Positions 21,014-33,020 of a stretch of DNA of 64,000 nucleotides are shown here, one piece after another. A model generated the notes under the pieces. That model was not told the origin of the DNA, searched no databases, and was given only the letters and a program-made list of their open reading frames with translations. This stretch comes from Sedimenticola sp. (GTDB lineage Bacteria; Pseudomonadota; Gammaproteobacteria; Chromatiales; Chromatiaceae). The position numbers and the translations under genes were made by a program. Numbering within the stretch: position 1 is the first letter of the stretch; every line of letters starts with the position of its first letter. Location of the stretch: NCBI GenBank assembly GCA_027024025.1, contig JALVTT010000157.1:128-64127 (forward strand). Reading direction: 5' to 3'.

Positions 21014-21583
21014 TCAGTGGATGATGCGCACCAGCAGATCGCGGTAGCCGTTTTTCTTGAGGCGGGCGCGGGCCGCGTCCAGGCGGGAGCGGCCCAGGTA
21101 GGGACCGGCCTGGACCCGGTAGCGGATCTTGCCGCCGCCCAGACTGGCCTTGGTGATGCGGGTCTCGATGCCCAGCAGGGCCAGCTCGGCCTGCAGGCGG
21201 TCGGCGTCGGCCGCGCGGGTGAAGGCGCCGATCTGCACCAGATAGCGGGCCGTGGGATCGGTCAGCTCGGGATCCTTGCGCCGGTCCAGCTGTTCTTCGG
21301 GCACCACCACCTGCTTGCGGCCCAGCTCGTCGTAGAAGCGGTAGCGCGGACGGTAGGGCGGGACCTTGGGTGTCTCGGCCTTGCGCGGCGCGGACTGCGG
21401 CGGGCGGTCGGGCCGGGCGCCGATCCACTGCGTGACCTGCCCCGGCCGGTCCAGCTTGAGCCAGGCCAGGCCCACCAGAAAGGCGCCGAGCAGCAGCCCG
21501 GCCAGTGCCCACAGCCAGGCCGGGGCGCCCTGTTTCTGCTTCTTGCGGCCACCCGCCGCGCGTGGCTTGTAGTCGCGCGGCAT
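21014..21583 (-). CDS. SPOR-domain (peptidoglycan-binding) membrane protein
   Basis: An N-terminal transmembrane segment (WLWALAGLLLGAFLVGLAWL) and a C-terminal SPOR pattern (YLVQIGAF..ADA..L...L). Confidence 0.75.
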   Translation of the reverse strand: MPRDYKPRAAGGRKKQKQGAPAWLWALAGLLLGAFLVGLAWLKLDRPGQVTQWIGARPDRPPQSAPRKAETPKVPPYRPRYRFYDELGRKQVVVPEEQLDRRKDPELTDPTARYLVQIGAFTRAADADRLQAELALLGIETRITKASLGGGKIRYRVQAGPYLGRSRLDAARARLKKNGYRDLLVRIIH

Positions 21584-21585
21584 GG

Positions 21586-23346
21586 CTACATCTGCTCCGG
21601 GGCGCCGATGCCGATCAGGCCCAGCCCGTTGGCCAGAACCTGGCGCACGGCCGAGATCAGTTTCAAGCGCGCGTCACGCAGCGCCGCATCGTCCACCAGG
21701 AAGGGGTGGGCGTTGTAGTAGGTGTGCAGCTCGTTGGCCAGGTCGCGCAGATAGTGGGTGAGCTGATGCGGCTCCTCGTTCATGGCCGCGGCCTGCACCA
21801 CCTCGGGATAGCGGGCGATGGTCTTGAGCAGGGCCTGCTCGTGGGGCTCGACCAGGCGCTCCAGGTTGGCGGTGCCCGCGCTCAGGGTGGTGTCCAGACC
21901 CTTGCCGGCGGCCTGGCGGAACACCGAGCAGATGCGCGCGTGCGCGTACTGCACGTAGTACACCGGGTTGTCGTTGGACTGCGAACGCGCCAGGTCGAGG
22001 TCGAAGTCCAGGTGCTGCTCGCACTTGCGCATGATGTAGAAGAAGCGCGCCGCGTCGCGCCCCACGTCCTTGCGCAGCTCGCGCAGGGTGACGAACTCGC
22101 CGGAGCGGGTGGACATCTGCTTCTTCTGCCCGCCCTCGTAGAGCACCGCGAACTGCACCAGCAGCACATCCAGTTTCGCCGGATCCTGCCCCAGGGCCCG
22201 CAGGGCCGCCTTGACCCGCGGCACATAGCCGTGGTGGTCGGCGCCCCAGACGTCGATCACCCGCTCGAAGCCGCGCTCGAACTTCTCCAGGTGATAGGCG
22301 ATGTCCGAGGCGAAGTAGGTGGTCTGGCCGTTGTCGCGCACCACCACCCGGTCCTTCTCGTCGCCGAAGTCGGTGGAGCGGAACCACCAGGCCCCGCCCT
22401 TCTCGTACAGATGGCCGGCCTCGCGCAGGCGCTCGATGCACCTGTTGACCGCGCCGGACTCGACCAGGGAACGTTCCGAGTACCATTCCTGATATTCGAC
22501 GCCGAACAGCGCCAGATCCTCGCGGATATCGTCGAGGATCACGTTCAGGCCCAGCTCGAACACATAGCGGTAGCGGTTGTCGCCCAGCAGCGCCTTGGCG
22601 CGCGCGATCAGGGCGTCGATATGGGCCTCCTTGTCGCCGCCCGCGGGCGCGTCCGCCGGCACTCCCTCGAACACCCCGGCCGCGGGATGGCGATAGGCGT
22701 CGCCGTGCTCGCGATGCAGGGTGGCGGCGATGTCCCAGACATAGTCGCCCTTGTAGCCGTTGCTCGGGAAGGCCAGTTCCTCGCCCGCCAGTTCCAGATA
22801 GCGCAGCCACACCGAGGTGGCCAGGATGTCCATCTGCCGCCCGGCGTCGTTGACGTAATACTCGCGGTGCACCTCGAAGCCGACCGCCTCCAGCAGATCG
22901 GCCACCACCGAGCCATAGGCCGCGCCGCGGCCGTGGCCCACGTGCAGCGGCCCGGTCGGGTTGGCCGAGACGAACTCGACCTGCACCCGGCGCCCGCCAC
23001 CGAGATCGGAACGGCCATAGGCCGCGCCCTCGCTCAGCACCCGCGGGACCACCGCCAGGTGGGCGTCCTTGGCCAGGCGGAAGTTGATGAAGCCCGGCCC
23101 GGCGATGGACACCTCCGCCAGCAGCGGCGCATCCGGCAGCGCGGCCACCACGCGCTCGGCCAGCTCGCGCGGCTTCATGCCGGCCGCCTTGCTGTTGACC
23201 AGGGCCGCGTTGGTGGCGAAATCGCCATGCTCCGGATCGCGAGCGCGCTCGATCACCGGCTCGCGCAGCGCGGCGGCGTCCAGCACGCCTTCTTCGGCCA
23301 GGGACTGCAGAGCGGAGCGAACGAGATCGGCGATTTCGGCTTTCAT
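21586..23346 (-). CDS. argS: Arginine--tRNA ligase
   Basis: Contains [12 protein letters not shown] (HIGH-type motif) and QMSTRSG (KMSKS-like). The length is typical. The start is taken at ATG 23346. Confidence 0.9.
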   Translation of the reverse strand: MKAEIADLVRSALQSLAEEGVLDAAALREPVIERARDPEHGDFATNAALVNSKAAGMKPRELAERVVAALPDAPLLAEVSIAGPGFINFRLAKDAHLAVVPRVLSEGAAYGRSDLGGGRRVQVEFVSANPTGPLHVGHGRGAAYGSVVADLLEAVGFEVHREYYVNDAGRQMDILATSVWLRYLELAGEELAFPSNGYKGDYVWDIAATLHREHGDAYRHPAAGVFEGVPADAPAGGDKEAHIDALIARAKALLGDNRYRYVFELGLNVILDDIREDLALFGVEYQEWYSERSLVESGAVNRCIERLREAGHLYEKGGAWWFRSTDFGDEKDRVVVRDNGQTTYFASDIAYHLEKFERGFERVIDVWGADHHGYVPRVKAALRALGQDPAKLDVLLVQFAVLYEGGQKKQMSTRSGEFVTLRELRKDVGRDAARFFYIMRKCEQHLDFDLDLARSQSNDNPVYYVQYAHARICSVFRQAAGKGLDTTLSAGTANLERLVEPHEQALLKTIARYPEVVQAAAMNEEPHQLTHYLRDLANELHTYYNAHPFLVDDAALRDARLKLISAVRQVLANGLGLIGIGAPEQM

Positions 23347-23474
23347 GTCGGTTTCAGGCAAGGAAGGAAGGCGGCGAAGGATACCAAGAACCCGGGGTGG
23401 GCCTCAAAGACACGGCCACATTTCCGGGACCACGTCATTGAACGGCGCGAATCATCGACGGCGCAGGCCCACGA

Positions 23475-23529
23475 GGGCTTCCGAAAACGTCGGCGGCAGG
23501 GATGTATTCGAAGCGTTTCCCGTAATCCC
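23475..23529. repeat. Dispersed palindromic element, copy A (short form)
   Basis: GGGCTTCCGAAAACGTCGGCGGCAGGGATGTATTCGAAGCGTTTCCCGTAATCCC shares its first roughly 30 nt and its tail with the element at 61371-61451. Confidence 0.7.
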
Positions 23530-23574
23530 TTGCCGGCCCGCGGCCTCATGGGCGACCTCGCCCCGGCCGCACTC

Positions 23575-25767
<2,193 letters not shown>

Positions 25768-25812
25768 GCCGCCATTGTATCGGCAATGACGGAAAAACAG
25801 TGAGTTGCCCAA

Positions 25813-25847
25813 CTTTCCACAGAAGCTGTGGATAACTCTGTGGATGA
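25813..25847. promoter_or_regulatory. Cluster of three DnaA-box-like 9-mers in the priA / ECF-sigma divergent spacer
   Basis: TGTGGATAA at 25827-25835 is a perfect complement of TTATCCACA. TGTGGATGA at 25839-25847 matches 8/9. CTTTCCACA at 25813-25821 matches 8/9 in the opposite orientation. Confidence 0.5.
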
Positions 25848-26106
25848 TCTCTGTGTATCGCCCGCGCGGCTGTTTTCCTGCGTGACCCTGTTGGATTGTA
25901 AAAAAATTTACCAGTCCGATATCTATCGTAATTTCAATGTGTTAAAGCACACGCGCGCGATCACCGGCCAACGGTGCCGACATCCCCCACCCAACATTAA
26001 GGATTTATTGCCGGTGTGCATAAACCGCTTGACGCCGGCGCTGTCAACCGCTAGGCGGCGGGCGCGTTATCCCCTGAAAAGCCACCGTCGCGAGGAAGCC
26101 CCAACA

Positions 26107-26706
26107 ATGTCATCATGTGCCCTCGGTCTGTTGAGCGTGAACACCCGGGTGCAAGCAACGCCGAGCGAGGATAGCCGTTATCGCAACATCGACGCCTTTC
26201 TCGGCGAGGTGGAACGGCGCGCCTATGTGATGGCCGAGATGGCCACGCGCAATCCCGAGGACGCGCTGGACCTGGTACAGGACGCCATGCTCGCCTTCGT
26301 GCACCGCTATGCCGACAAGCCGCAGGGCGAGTGGGGACCGCTGTTCCACCGGGTGCTGCAGAACCGGATCCGCGACTGGGCGCGCCGGCGCAAGGTCCGC
26401 AGCCGCTGGACCGCCTGGCTGCACCACGACGAGGAGGATGCCGGCGACCCGGTGCAGCAGGCCCCCGACCCCGCCGCGGTGCCGGTGGAACGCCTGCTCG
26501 ACGGCGACCTGGCCGCCGAGCGGCTGCGCGAGGCCGTGGCCGGGCTGCCGCTGCGCCAGCAACAGGCCTTTCTGCTGCGTGTCTGGGAGGGTCTGGACGT
26601 GGCCAGCACCGCGCGCGCCATGGGCTGTTCGGATGGCAGCGTCAAGACCCATCTGTCCCGGGCCATGAGCCATCTGCGGGACAAACTGGAGGCCTACCGA
26701 CCATGA
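26107..26706 (+). CDS. ECF-type RNA polymerase sigma-70 factor
   Basis: Region 2 (DALDLVQDAMLAFVHRY) and the region 4 helix-turn-helix (STARAMGCSDGSVKTHLSRAMSHLR). The start codon is uncertain. Confidence 0.8.
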   Translation: MSSCALGLLSVNTRVQATPSEDSRYRNIDAFLGEVERRAYVMAEMATRNPEDALDLVQDAMLAFVHRYADKPQGEWGPLFHRVLQNRIRDWARRRKVRSRWTAWLHHDEEDAGDPVQQAPDPAAVPVERLLDGDLAAERLREAVAGLPLRQQQAFLLRVWEGLDVASTARAMGCSDGSVKTHLSRAMSHLRDKLEAYRP

Positions 26707-27065
26707 ACGAGTCACAGCAACAACGCTTCCGGGACGCGCTCGACGAACGCGCCCGCGACCTGGACGGACAGACCCTCTCGCGCCTGCGCCAGGCCCGCGC
26801 GCAGGCGGTGCAGGCCGCCCGCCCGCCGCGTTTCCGGCTTCAGCCGGCCTGGCTCGGCGGCGCCGCCATGGCGGTCCTGGCCCTGGTCGCGGTCCTGCTG
26901 TGGCGGCCGATGCCCGGCGGGCACGACGATCTCCCGCCCCTGTCGGCCGAGGCCATGGAGATCGCGACCCTGGACCTCGACCTGGAGGCGATCGAGGAGC
27001 TGGAGTTCTATGAATGGCTGAGCGAGCAGGACCTGGGCCCGGCCGGCGGAGACGGCCCGGCATGA
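26703..27065 (+). CDS. Single-pass membrane protein, putative anti-sigma factor (DUF3619-like)
   Basis: ATGA overlap with the sigma gene. One transmembrane segment (AWLGGAAMAVLALVAVLLW). Its position is typical of an anti-sigma factor. Confidence 0.5.
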   Translation: MNESQQQRFRDALDERARDLDGQTLSRLRQARAQAVQAARPPRFRLQPAWLGGAAMAVLALVAVLLWRPMPGGHDDLPPLSAEAMEIATLDLDLEAIEELEFYEWLSEQDLGPAGGDGPA

Positions 27066-27289
27066 GGCCACGTCTGCTGATCCCCCTGTTCCTGGCCGGC
27101 CTGCAGGCGCCGCTGCACGCCGGCACGCCGGACGACAGCCAGATGCCCAGCCTGGCGCTGCTGGAGTACCTGGCCGAGTTCGGCGAGGACAGCCAGGGGC
27201 GCCTGATCGACCCCATGGAACAGGACGACACCGAGAACGACGCCGGATCACCCGAGCGCGCCCCGATACCGAAAGGGACAGACCGATGA
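27062..27289 (+). CDS. Small secreted acidic protein
   Basis: ATGA overlaps on both sides. Signal peptide MRPRLLIPLFLAGLQAPLHAG. Confidence 0.45.
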   Translation: MRPRLLIPLFLAGLQAPLHAGTPDDSQMPSLALLEYLAEFGEDSQGRLIDPMEQDDTENDAGSPERAPIPKGTDR

Positions 27290-27753
27290 AACCGCTACGC
27301 CTGCTGACACTCATCCTCCTGCTGCTGGCCGCCGGACTGGCCAGCGCCGCGCCGGACTGGGACCAGCTCGACCCGGCCCAGCAGCGCATCCTCGCCCAGC
27401 TCAAGGACCGCTGGGACAGTCTGCCCGAGGCGCGGCGCGAACGCCTGCTCAAGGGCGTGCAGCGCTGGCGGCGCATGAGCCCCGAACAGCGACGCCGGGC
27501 GCGCGCCAATCTCGAGCGCTGGCGCAGGCTCTCGCCCGAGAAACGCGCCCGCCTGCGCGAGCGGCTGAAACGCTTCCGCGCCCTCCGGCCGGAGCAGCGC
27601 CAGCGCATCCGGGAACGCATCCGCCACTTCCGGCAACTGCCGCCGGAACGCCGCCGCGCCCTGCGCAAGCGCTGGCAGTCGCTCTCGCCGCGCGAGCGTC
27701 AGCGGGCGCGACACCGTTTCCTCGCGCCTCGGCGCGGCCGACCGCGCCGCTGA
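27286..27753 (+). CDS. Secreted Arg-rich repeat protein (DUF3106-like)
   Basis: A signal peptide followed by about 5 tandem repeats of the pattern R.RW..LSPE.R.R.RE. Confidence 0.6.
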   Translation: MKPLRLLTLILLLLAAGLASAAPDWDQLDPAQQRILAQLKDRWDSLPEARRERLLKGVQRWRRMSPEQRRRARANLERWRRLSPEKRARLRERLKRFRALRPEQRQRIRERIRHFRQLPPERRRALRKRWQSLSPRERQRARHRFLAPRRGRPRR

Positions 27754-27882
27754 TCCCGTCCCGCACCGCCCTCATCAACCGAGGCCAGCCCGCGGCGTCT
27801 TGCACCACATCGCCGGTCCCACCGGTTGAACTCGCGCGCGGTTTTGTGCCATAAACGGATACATATTGCGAGGAGGAGGGCC

Positions 27883-28473
27883 GTGTCGGATCTGTCTCAA
27901 CAGATACTGCGTACAGATGCCTCCGGGATGCCGCTGGAATGGATCGACTACCGTCAGGCCGTGAAGCTGCATTTCCTGGACATGATCGCCTACACCCTGG
28001 GCAGCCCCATCATCACGGTGCGTGGCGGAGTCAACGCCCGCTCCCACCGGCGTAGCCGCCTCGCCCTGCACTCCATCATCGCCACCCACGGCAACCACCA
28101 GTCCCATTACCGGCTCGACCAGGGCTACAGCCCGCCGCTGTGCAATGACACCCTGTTCCAGCGCGACGCCCACATCTGCCTGTACTGCGGCCAGCGCTTT
28201 CACCGGCGCGAGCTGTCGCGCGACCATGTCACGCCGGTGAGCCGCGGCGGCCAGGATACCTGGAACAACCTGGTCACCGCCTGCGTGCGCTGCAACACCC
28301 ACAAGGCCGGCCGCACGCCCGAGGAGGCCGGCATGCAGCTGCTGGCCATCCCCTTCACCCCGACCCACGCCGAATACATCTATCTGCAGGGGCGCAACGT
28401 GCTGGCCGACCAGATGGAGTTCCTGCTGGCCCACTTTCCGCGCACCAGCCCGCTGCGCCGGCGTCTCGCATGA
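27883..28473 (+). CDS. HNH endonuclease family protein
   Basis: Contains CLYCG...DHVTPVSRGG...WNNLVTACVRCNTHK (HNH with CxxC pairs). GTG start 2 nt after a long purine-rich GAGGAGGAGGG tract whose upstream GGAGG core can serve as the Shine-Dalgarno sequence. Confidence 0.8.
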   Translation: MSDLSQQILRTDASGMPLEWIDYRQAVKLHFLDMIAYTLGSPIITVRGGVNARSHRRSRLALHSIIATHGNHQSHYRLDQGYSPPLCNDTLFQRDAHICLYCGQRFHRRELSRDHVTPVSRGGQDTWNNLVTACVRCNTHKAGRTPEEAGMQLLAIPFTPTHAEYIYLQGRNVLADQMEFLLAHFPRTSPLRRRLA

Positions 28474-29348
28474 GCGGCCTGTGGGCGCACATCGCGGCCC
28501 GCATCAGCCGCGAGACCGGCACGGCCTTCGACCCGCGCCCGCCCAGCCACCTCGGCGGCGGCTGCATCAACACCGCGCTCAAACTGAGCAACGGCGCCCA
28601 GAGCTGGTTCGTCAAGACCAACGCCGCCGACCGCCTGGACATGTTCGAGGCCGAGGCCGCCGGCCTGGACGCCCTGGCCGCCACCGGCACCCTGCGCGTG
28701 CCGCGCCCGCTGTGCACCGGCACCCACGACGGGCGCGCCTTCATCGTCATGGAATACGTGGACACCGCGTCCTGCGGCGGTCGCTCACTGGCCCTGGCCG
28801 GGGAAGGCCTGGCCGCCATGCACCGCCACACCGCCGAACGCTTTGGCTGGGACCGCGACAACACCATCGGCGCCACCCACCAGCCCAATGCCTGGCACAC
28901 GGACTGGATCGACTTCTGGCGCGAGCAGCGCCTGGGTTACCAGCTGCGCCTGGCGCGGCGCAACGGCTACCCTTCCCTGGCCGACCGGGGCGAGGCCCTG
29001 CTGGAGCGCTTTCATGTACTGATCGACCACGACCCCGTGCCCTCGCTGCTGCACGGCGACCTGTGGGGCGGCAACATGGCCTGCGACCGCGAGGGCCAAG
29101 CGGTGATCTACGATCCCGCCGTGTACTACGGCGACCGCGAGGCCGAGCTGGCCATGACCGAGCTGTTCGGCGGCTTCGGCGGCGCCTTCTACGCGGCCTA
29201 TCGGGAGGCCTGGCCGCTGGACCCGGGCTATGCCACGCGCAAGACCCTGTACAACCTCTACCACATCCTCAACCATGCCAATATGTTCGGCGGCGGTTAT
29301 GCCGGACAGGCCCAGGGCATGATCGAGCGCCTGCTGGCCGAGTGTTGA
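28470..29348 (+). CDS. Fructosamine/ketosamine-3-kinase family protein
   Basis: Contains GGGCIN, LLHGDLWGGN and the tail YNLYHILNH..MFGGGY. Confidence 0.8.
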   Translation: MSGLWAHIAARISRETGTAFDPRPPSHLGGGCINTALKLSNGAQSWFVKTNAADRLDMFEAEAAGLDALAATGTLRVPRPLCTGTHDGRAFIVMEYVDTASCGGRSLALAGEGLAAMHRHTAERFGWDRDNTIGATHQPNAWHTDWIDFWREQRLGYQLRLARRNGYPSLADRGEALLERFHVLIDHDPVPSLLHGDLWGGNMACDREGQAVIYDPAVYYGDREAELAMTELFGGFGGAFYAAYREAWPLDPGYATRKTLYNLYHILNHANMFGGGYAGQAQGMIERLLAEC

Positions 29349-29941
29349 GCACGCGCGACCGGCAGCGCTTCGAACGTCTGATGCGCGAGATACGCGCCTG
29401 CGCCCGCTGCGCCGACGCACTGCCCCAGGCGCCACGCCCGGTGCTGCAGGCCGATCCCCGGGCCCGCGTCCTGGTGGTCGGCCAGGCCCCGGGGCGGCGC
29501 GTGCACGAGACCGGCCTGCCCTTCAACGACCCCAGCGGCGACCGCCTGCGCGACTGGATGGGCATCGACCGCGAGACCTTCTACGACGCCTCGCGCATCG
29601 CCCTGGTCCCCATGGGCTTCTGTTACCCGGGCACCGGCAGGGGCGGCGACCTGCCGCCGCGCCCCGAGTGCGCAGCGGCCTGGCGCGAGCCGCTGCTGGC
29701 CGCGCTGCCGGAGATCCGGCTCACCCTGCTGGTGGGCGGCCATGCCATCGCCTGGCATCTGTACCCCGGGCGGCGGCCACCGCCGGTGGCCCAGACCGTG
29801 GCCGAGTGGCGCGCCTGGTGGCCCCGAATGGTCCCCATGCCGCATCCCAGCCCACGCAACAACCGCTGGCTGAGAGAGCGCCCCTGGTTCGAGCAGGAAG
29901 TGATCCCGCGTGTGCGGGAACAGGTGCGCGCCCTGCTATGA
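29342..29941 (+). CDS. Uracil-DNA glycosylase superfamily protein
   Basis: Contains CARC, VVGQAPG and HPSPRN motifs. The start is uncertain (GTG 29342, TTG 29345 or ATG 29381). Confidence 0.7.
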   Translation: MLSTRDRQRFERLMREIRACARCADALPQAPRPVLQADPRARVLVVGQAPGRRVHETGLPFNDPSGDRLRDWMGIDRETFYDASRIALVPMGFCYPGTGRGGDLPPRPECAAAWREPLLAALPEIRLTLLVGGHAIAWHLYPGRRPPPVAQTVAEWRAWWPRMVPMPHPSPRNNRWLRERPWFEQEVIPRVREQVRALL

Positions 29942-29944
29942 CGG

Positions 29945-29977
29945 AAAAAAGGGGAGACACCTTGCGGCGCCTCCCCG
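29945..29977 (-). terminator. Rho-independent terminator of amtB
   Basis: On the minus strand, GGGGAG-(14-nt loop)-CTCCCC is followed by TTTTTT. Confidence 0.65.
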
Positions 29978-30002
29978 AGTCTTCCGTGATTTGGGTTGTG
30001 TG

Positions 30003-31304
30003 TTATCCGTTCAGGTTGTAGGCACGCTCGTCGTGCAGGGCGATGTCCAGGCCCTCGGACTCCTGCTCCTCGTCCACGCGCAGGCCGACGATCACATCCA
30101 CCACCTTGAGGATGATGAAGCTGACCACCGCGGTGTAGACCAGGGTCGCGACCACGCCGGTGGCCTGGGCCGCGACCTGGGCGCCGATGGAGCTGATGCC
30201 GTCGGCGAAGCCGGCGCCACCCAGGCTGGGGGCGCAGAACACGCCGGTCAGCAGGGCGCCGACGATGCCGCCGATGCCGTGCACGCCGAAGGCGTCCAGG
30301 GAGTCGTCATAACCGAAGACCTTCTTCAGCTTGACCGCGGAGATGAAGCAGGCCACGCCGGCCACGCCGCCGACCACGATGGCGCCCATGGGGCCGACCG
30401 AACCGGAGGCCGGGGTGATGGCGACCAGACCGGCCACCGCGCCGGAGGCGATGCCCAGGACGCTCGGCTTGCCGTGGGCCATCCACTCCGCGAACATCCA
30501 GGCCAGGGCCGCGGCGGCGGTTGCGATCTGGGTCACGGCCATGGCCATGCCGGCGGTGCCGTCGGCGGCCAGCTCGGAACCGGCGTTGAAGCCGAACCAG
30601 CCGACCCACAGCATGCCCGCGCCGACCACGGTGAACATCAGGTTGTGCGGCATCATGGGGGTGCCCGGGTAGCCCTTGCGCTTGCCGATCACCAGGGCGG
30701 CGATCAGGCCGGCCACACCGGCGTTGATGTGCACCACGGTGCCGCCGGCGAAGTCCAGGATGCCCTTGCCGCCGAGCCAGCCACCGTCACCCCAGACCCA
30801 GTGGGCGATCGGGGCGTACACCACCAGCAGCCAGATGGCCATGAACAGCAGCATGGCCGAGAACTTCATGCGCTCGGCGAAGGCGCCCACGATCAGCGCC
30901 GGGGTGATGATGGCGAAGGTCATCTGAAAGACCATGAACACGGTCTCGGGAATGGTGCCGCTGAGGCTGTCCACGCCGACACCGGCCAGGAAGGCCTTGG
31001 ACAGGCCGCCCCAGTAGGCGCCCTCGCCGCCGAAGGCGATGCTGTAGCCGACCACGGCCCACAGGATGGTCATCAGGGCGGTGATGGCAAAGCACTGCAT
31101 CATCACCGAAAGGCCGTTCTTGGCCCGCACCATGCCGGCATAGAACAGCGACAGACCCGGGATGGTCATGAACAGCACCAGCACGGTGGCCGTCAGCATC
31201 CAGGCGGTGTCGCCCGCGCTCAGGCTGTCTTCGGCCATGGCCAGGGAAGGCAGTAGCGCAAACGCTGCCGCCCCCAGGCGGCCCTTGTGTTTCATCAGTT
31301 GCAT
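30003..31304 (-). CDS. amtB: Ammonium transporter AmtB
   Basis: About 11 transmembrane segments, FAGGTVVHINAG and FGVHGIGGIVG motifs, and a position immediately after glnK. Confidence 0.9.
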   Translation of the reverse strand: MQLMKHKGRLGAAAFALLPSLAMAEDSLSAGDTAWMLTATVLVLFMTIPGLSLFYAGMVRAKNGLSVMMQCFAITALMTILWAVVGYSIAFGGEGAYWGGLSKAFLAGVGVDSLSGTIPETVFMVFQMTFAIITPALIVGAFAERMKFSAMLLFMAIWLLVVYAPIAHWVWGDGGWLGGKGILDFAGGTVVHINAGVAGLIAALVIGKRKGYPGTPMMPHNLMFTVVGAGMLWVGWFGFNAGSELAADGTAGMAMAVTQIATAAAALAWMFAEWMAHGKPSVLGIASGAVAGLVAITPASGSVGPMGAIVVGGVAGVACFISAVKLKKVFGYDDSLDAFGVHGIGGIVGALLTGVFCAPSLGGAGFADGISSIGAQVAAQATGVVATLVYTAVVSFIILKVVDVIVGLRVDEEQESEGLDIALHDERAYNLNG

Positions 31305-31327
31305 AGGATTCTCTCCTGGTTTCTTGT

Positions 31328-31678
<351 letters not shown>

Positions 31679-31726
31679 TCACCGCCGGACGACCGCCCGA
31701 CGGTGGATATTTTCAGTGACAGGGAC

Positions 31727-32425
31727 TCAGAACGAGCGGGACACAGTAAACGTCACATGCCTGCCACACAGCCCCGAGCCCTTGCACATGCCACTGTTAT
31801 CGGTGTTGGTGTAGGTCAGATCGAAGCCGAAGCCGGTGTATTCCATGGAGGCGCCCAGGCTGTAATCGGCGTAGTCCTGCTTGGTCAGGCCGGTCTTTTC
31901 GTTGATCGAGGTCTTGCCATAATGAGCGGCCAGGGTGACCGGACCCACCGGCGCGGACAGGCTCAGGTCATAGTATTTTTCGGAGCCCAGATTGAAGAAA
32001 TCGGAGCTGTAGTAGACCGTGAGACCGGCGCTGGCCACACCGAAGTCCTTGGAGACACCCACATGAAACTCATTGGTATCCACCCTCGGCCTGACAGACT
32101 GTCCCGGGTAGTTGTAACGCAGGGCGCCGATATCCAGACTCACCGGGCCGACATCGCCACTCCAGCCCAGATAGGTGTCCAATTCCATGCTGGAGCCATT
32201 AAAGGCCTTGGCAGCCACATTCGAGCCCCAAACTCCGGCATAGAAGCCGCTGTCGTGGTTGTAGTCGAAGCCCCCCTGGATGGCCATGTCATTGTCGTTC
32301 TGCGTGATACCGCGAAAGACATAGTCGTTGGTCAGCGCCACGTTGGCGCTGAACCCGGCCTGGGCCATGCTGGATAGGCCCATCACGGCGGCACCCACGG
32401 CGACGGCAATCTTGTTCATCTTCAT
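31727..32425 (-). CDS. Small outer-membrane beta-barrel protein (TorF/TIGR02001-like), first gene of the glnK-amtB operon
   Basis: Signal peptide, then SANVALTNDYVFRGITQ and an alternating beta-strand pattern ending in F. Confidence 0.7.
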   Translation of the reverse strand: MKMNKIAVAVGAAVMGLSSMAQAGFSANVALTNDYVFRGITQNDNDMAIQGGFDYNHDSGFYAGVWGSNVAAKAFNGSSMELDTYLGWSGDVGPVSLDIGALRYNYPGQSVRPRVDTNEFHVGVSKDFGVASAGLTVYYSSDFFNLGSEKYYDLSLSAPVGPVTLAAHYGKTSINEKTGLTKQDYADYSLGASMEYTGFGFDLTYTNTDNSGMCKGSGLCGRHVTFTVSRSF

Positions 32426-32506
32426 TTGATAACTCCCATGCTTGTTTAGTTGGTTTGAATGCTGACCCCCGGGGGTCCATCGAACGATAGGTCGATACCG
32501 CCTCTC

Positions 32507-32522
32507 TGCAGATGCCGTGCCA
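32507..32522 (-). promoter_or_regulatory. Sigma54 (-24/-12) promoter for porin-glnK-amtB
   Basis: The minus strand reads TGGCACGGCATCTGCA (consensus TGGCAC-N5-TTGCA), about 85 nt upstream of the porin ATG. Confidence 0.7.
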
Positions 32523-32586
32523 AAACCATTTTCACTTATAGATTCATTTACTTACGTCTCATTATCAGAATCACAACAACAACCCA

Positions 32587-32644
32587 TGCGCCGACATGGG
32601 GCACTTTCCCGGGGCATGGGCGGCAGGCGCACCATCACGGTGCA
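32587..32644. promoter_or_regulatory. Two NtrC-type enhancer sites
   Basis: CGCACCATCACGGTGCA (32628-32644) and TGCGCCGACATGGGGCA (32587-32603) resemble the consensus TGCACC-N5-GGTGCA. Their centres are 41 bp apart, and they lie about 70-120 bp upstream of the sigma54 promoter. Confidence 0.55.
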
Positions 32645-32715
32645 CGACGACGCATGGACAAGCGCCCGCGCGCTGGCTACCCTTGCCGCAGACGAATCAG
32701 GCCGGACACCGAACC

Positions 32716-32970
32716 ATGCTGGACCCGAAATTTCTCGATGAACTCTCCCACCGCGTCAGCGAGGGCATGCCCCCGGGCCTGCGCGCCCTGCAGGACGACT
32801 TCGAGCGCAATCTGCGGGCGGCCCTGGAGGCCGCGCTGCGGCGGATGAATCTGGTCTCGCGTGACGAATTCGAGGTCCAGCAGGCCGTGCTCGCGCGCAC
32901 CCGCGAAAAGCTGGAGACACTGGAACGGCGCGTGACCGCGCTCGAGGCCGCGCGAAAGACGGAGGACTGA
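32716..32970 (+). CDS. ubiK: Ubiquinone-biosynthesis accessory factor UbiK (YqiC/BMFP)
   Basis: 84-aa coiled-coil protein starting MLDPKFLDELSHRV, with NLVSRDEFEVQ. It lies upstream of comM, as in other gammaproteobacteria. Confidence 0.65.
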   Translation: MLDPKFLDELSHRVSEGMPPGLRALQDDFERNLRAALEAALRRMNLVSRDEFEVQQAVLARTREKLETLERRVTALEAARKTED

Positions 32971-33020
32971 GACCACCACCGGAGCGCCCCGGACCCGGCG
33001 CCCGCCTTCAGGGAAGAAGC

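Noticed and set aside
25813-25990. DnaA boxes plus an AT-rich tract, considered as the chromosomal origin (oriC)
   Set aside because: There are only three boxes within 35 bp, no array of 13-mer unwinding repeats, only one GATC site, and none of the usual neighbouring genes (dnaA, dnaN, gidA, mioC). A regulatory or titration site is more plausible.
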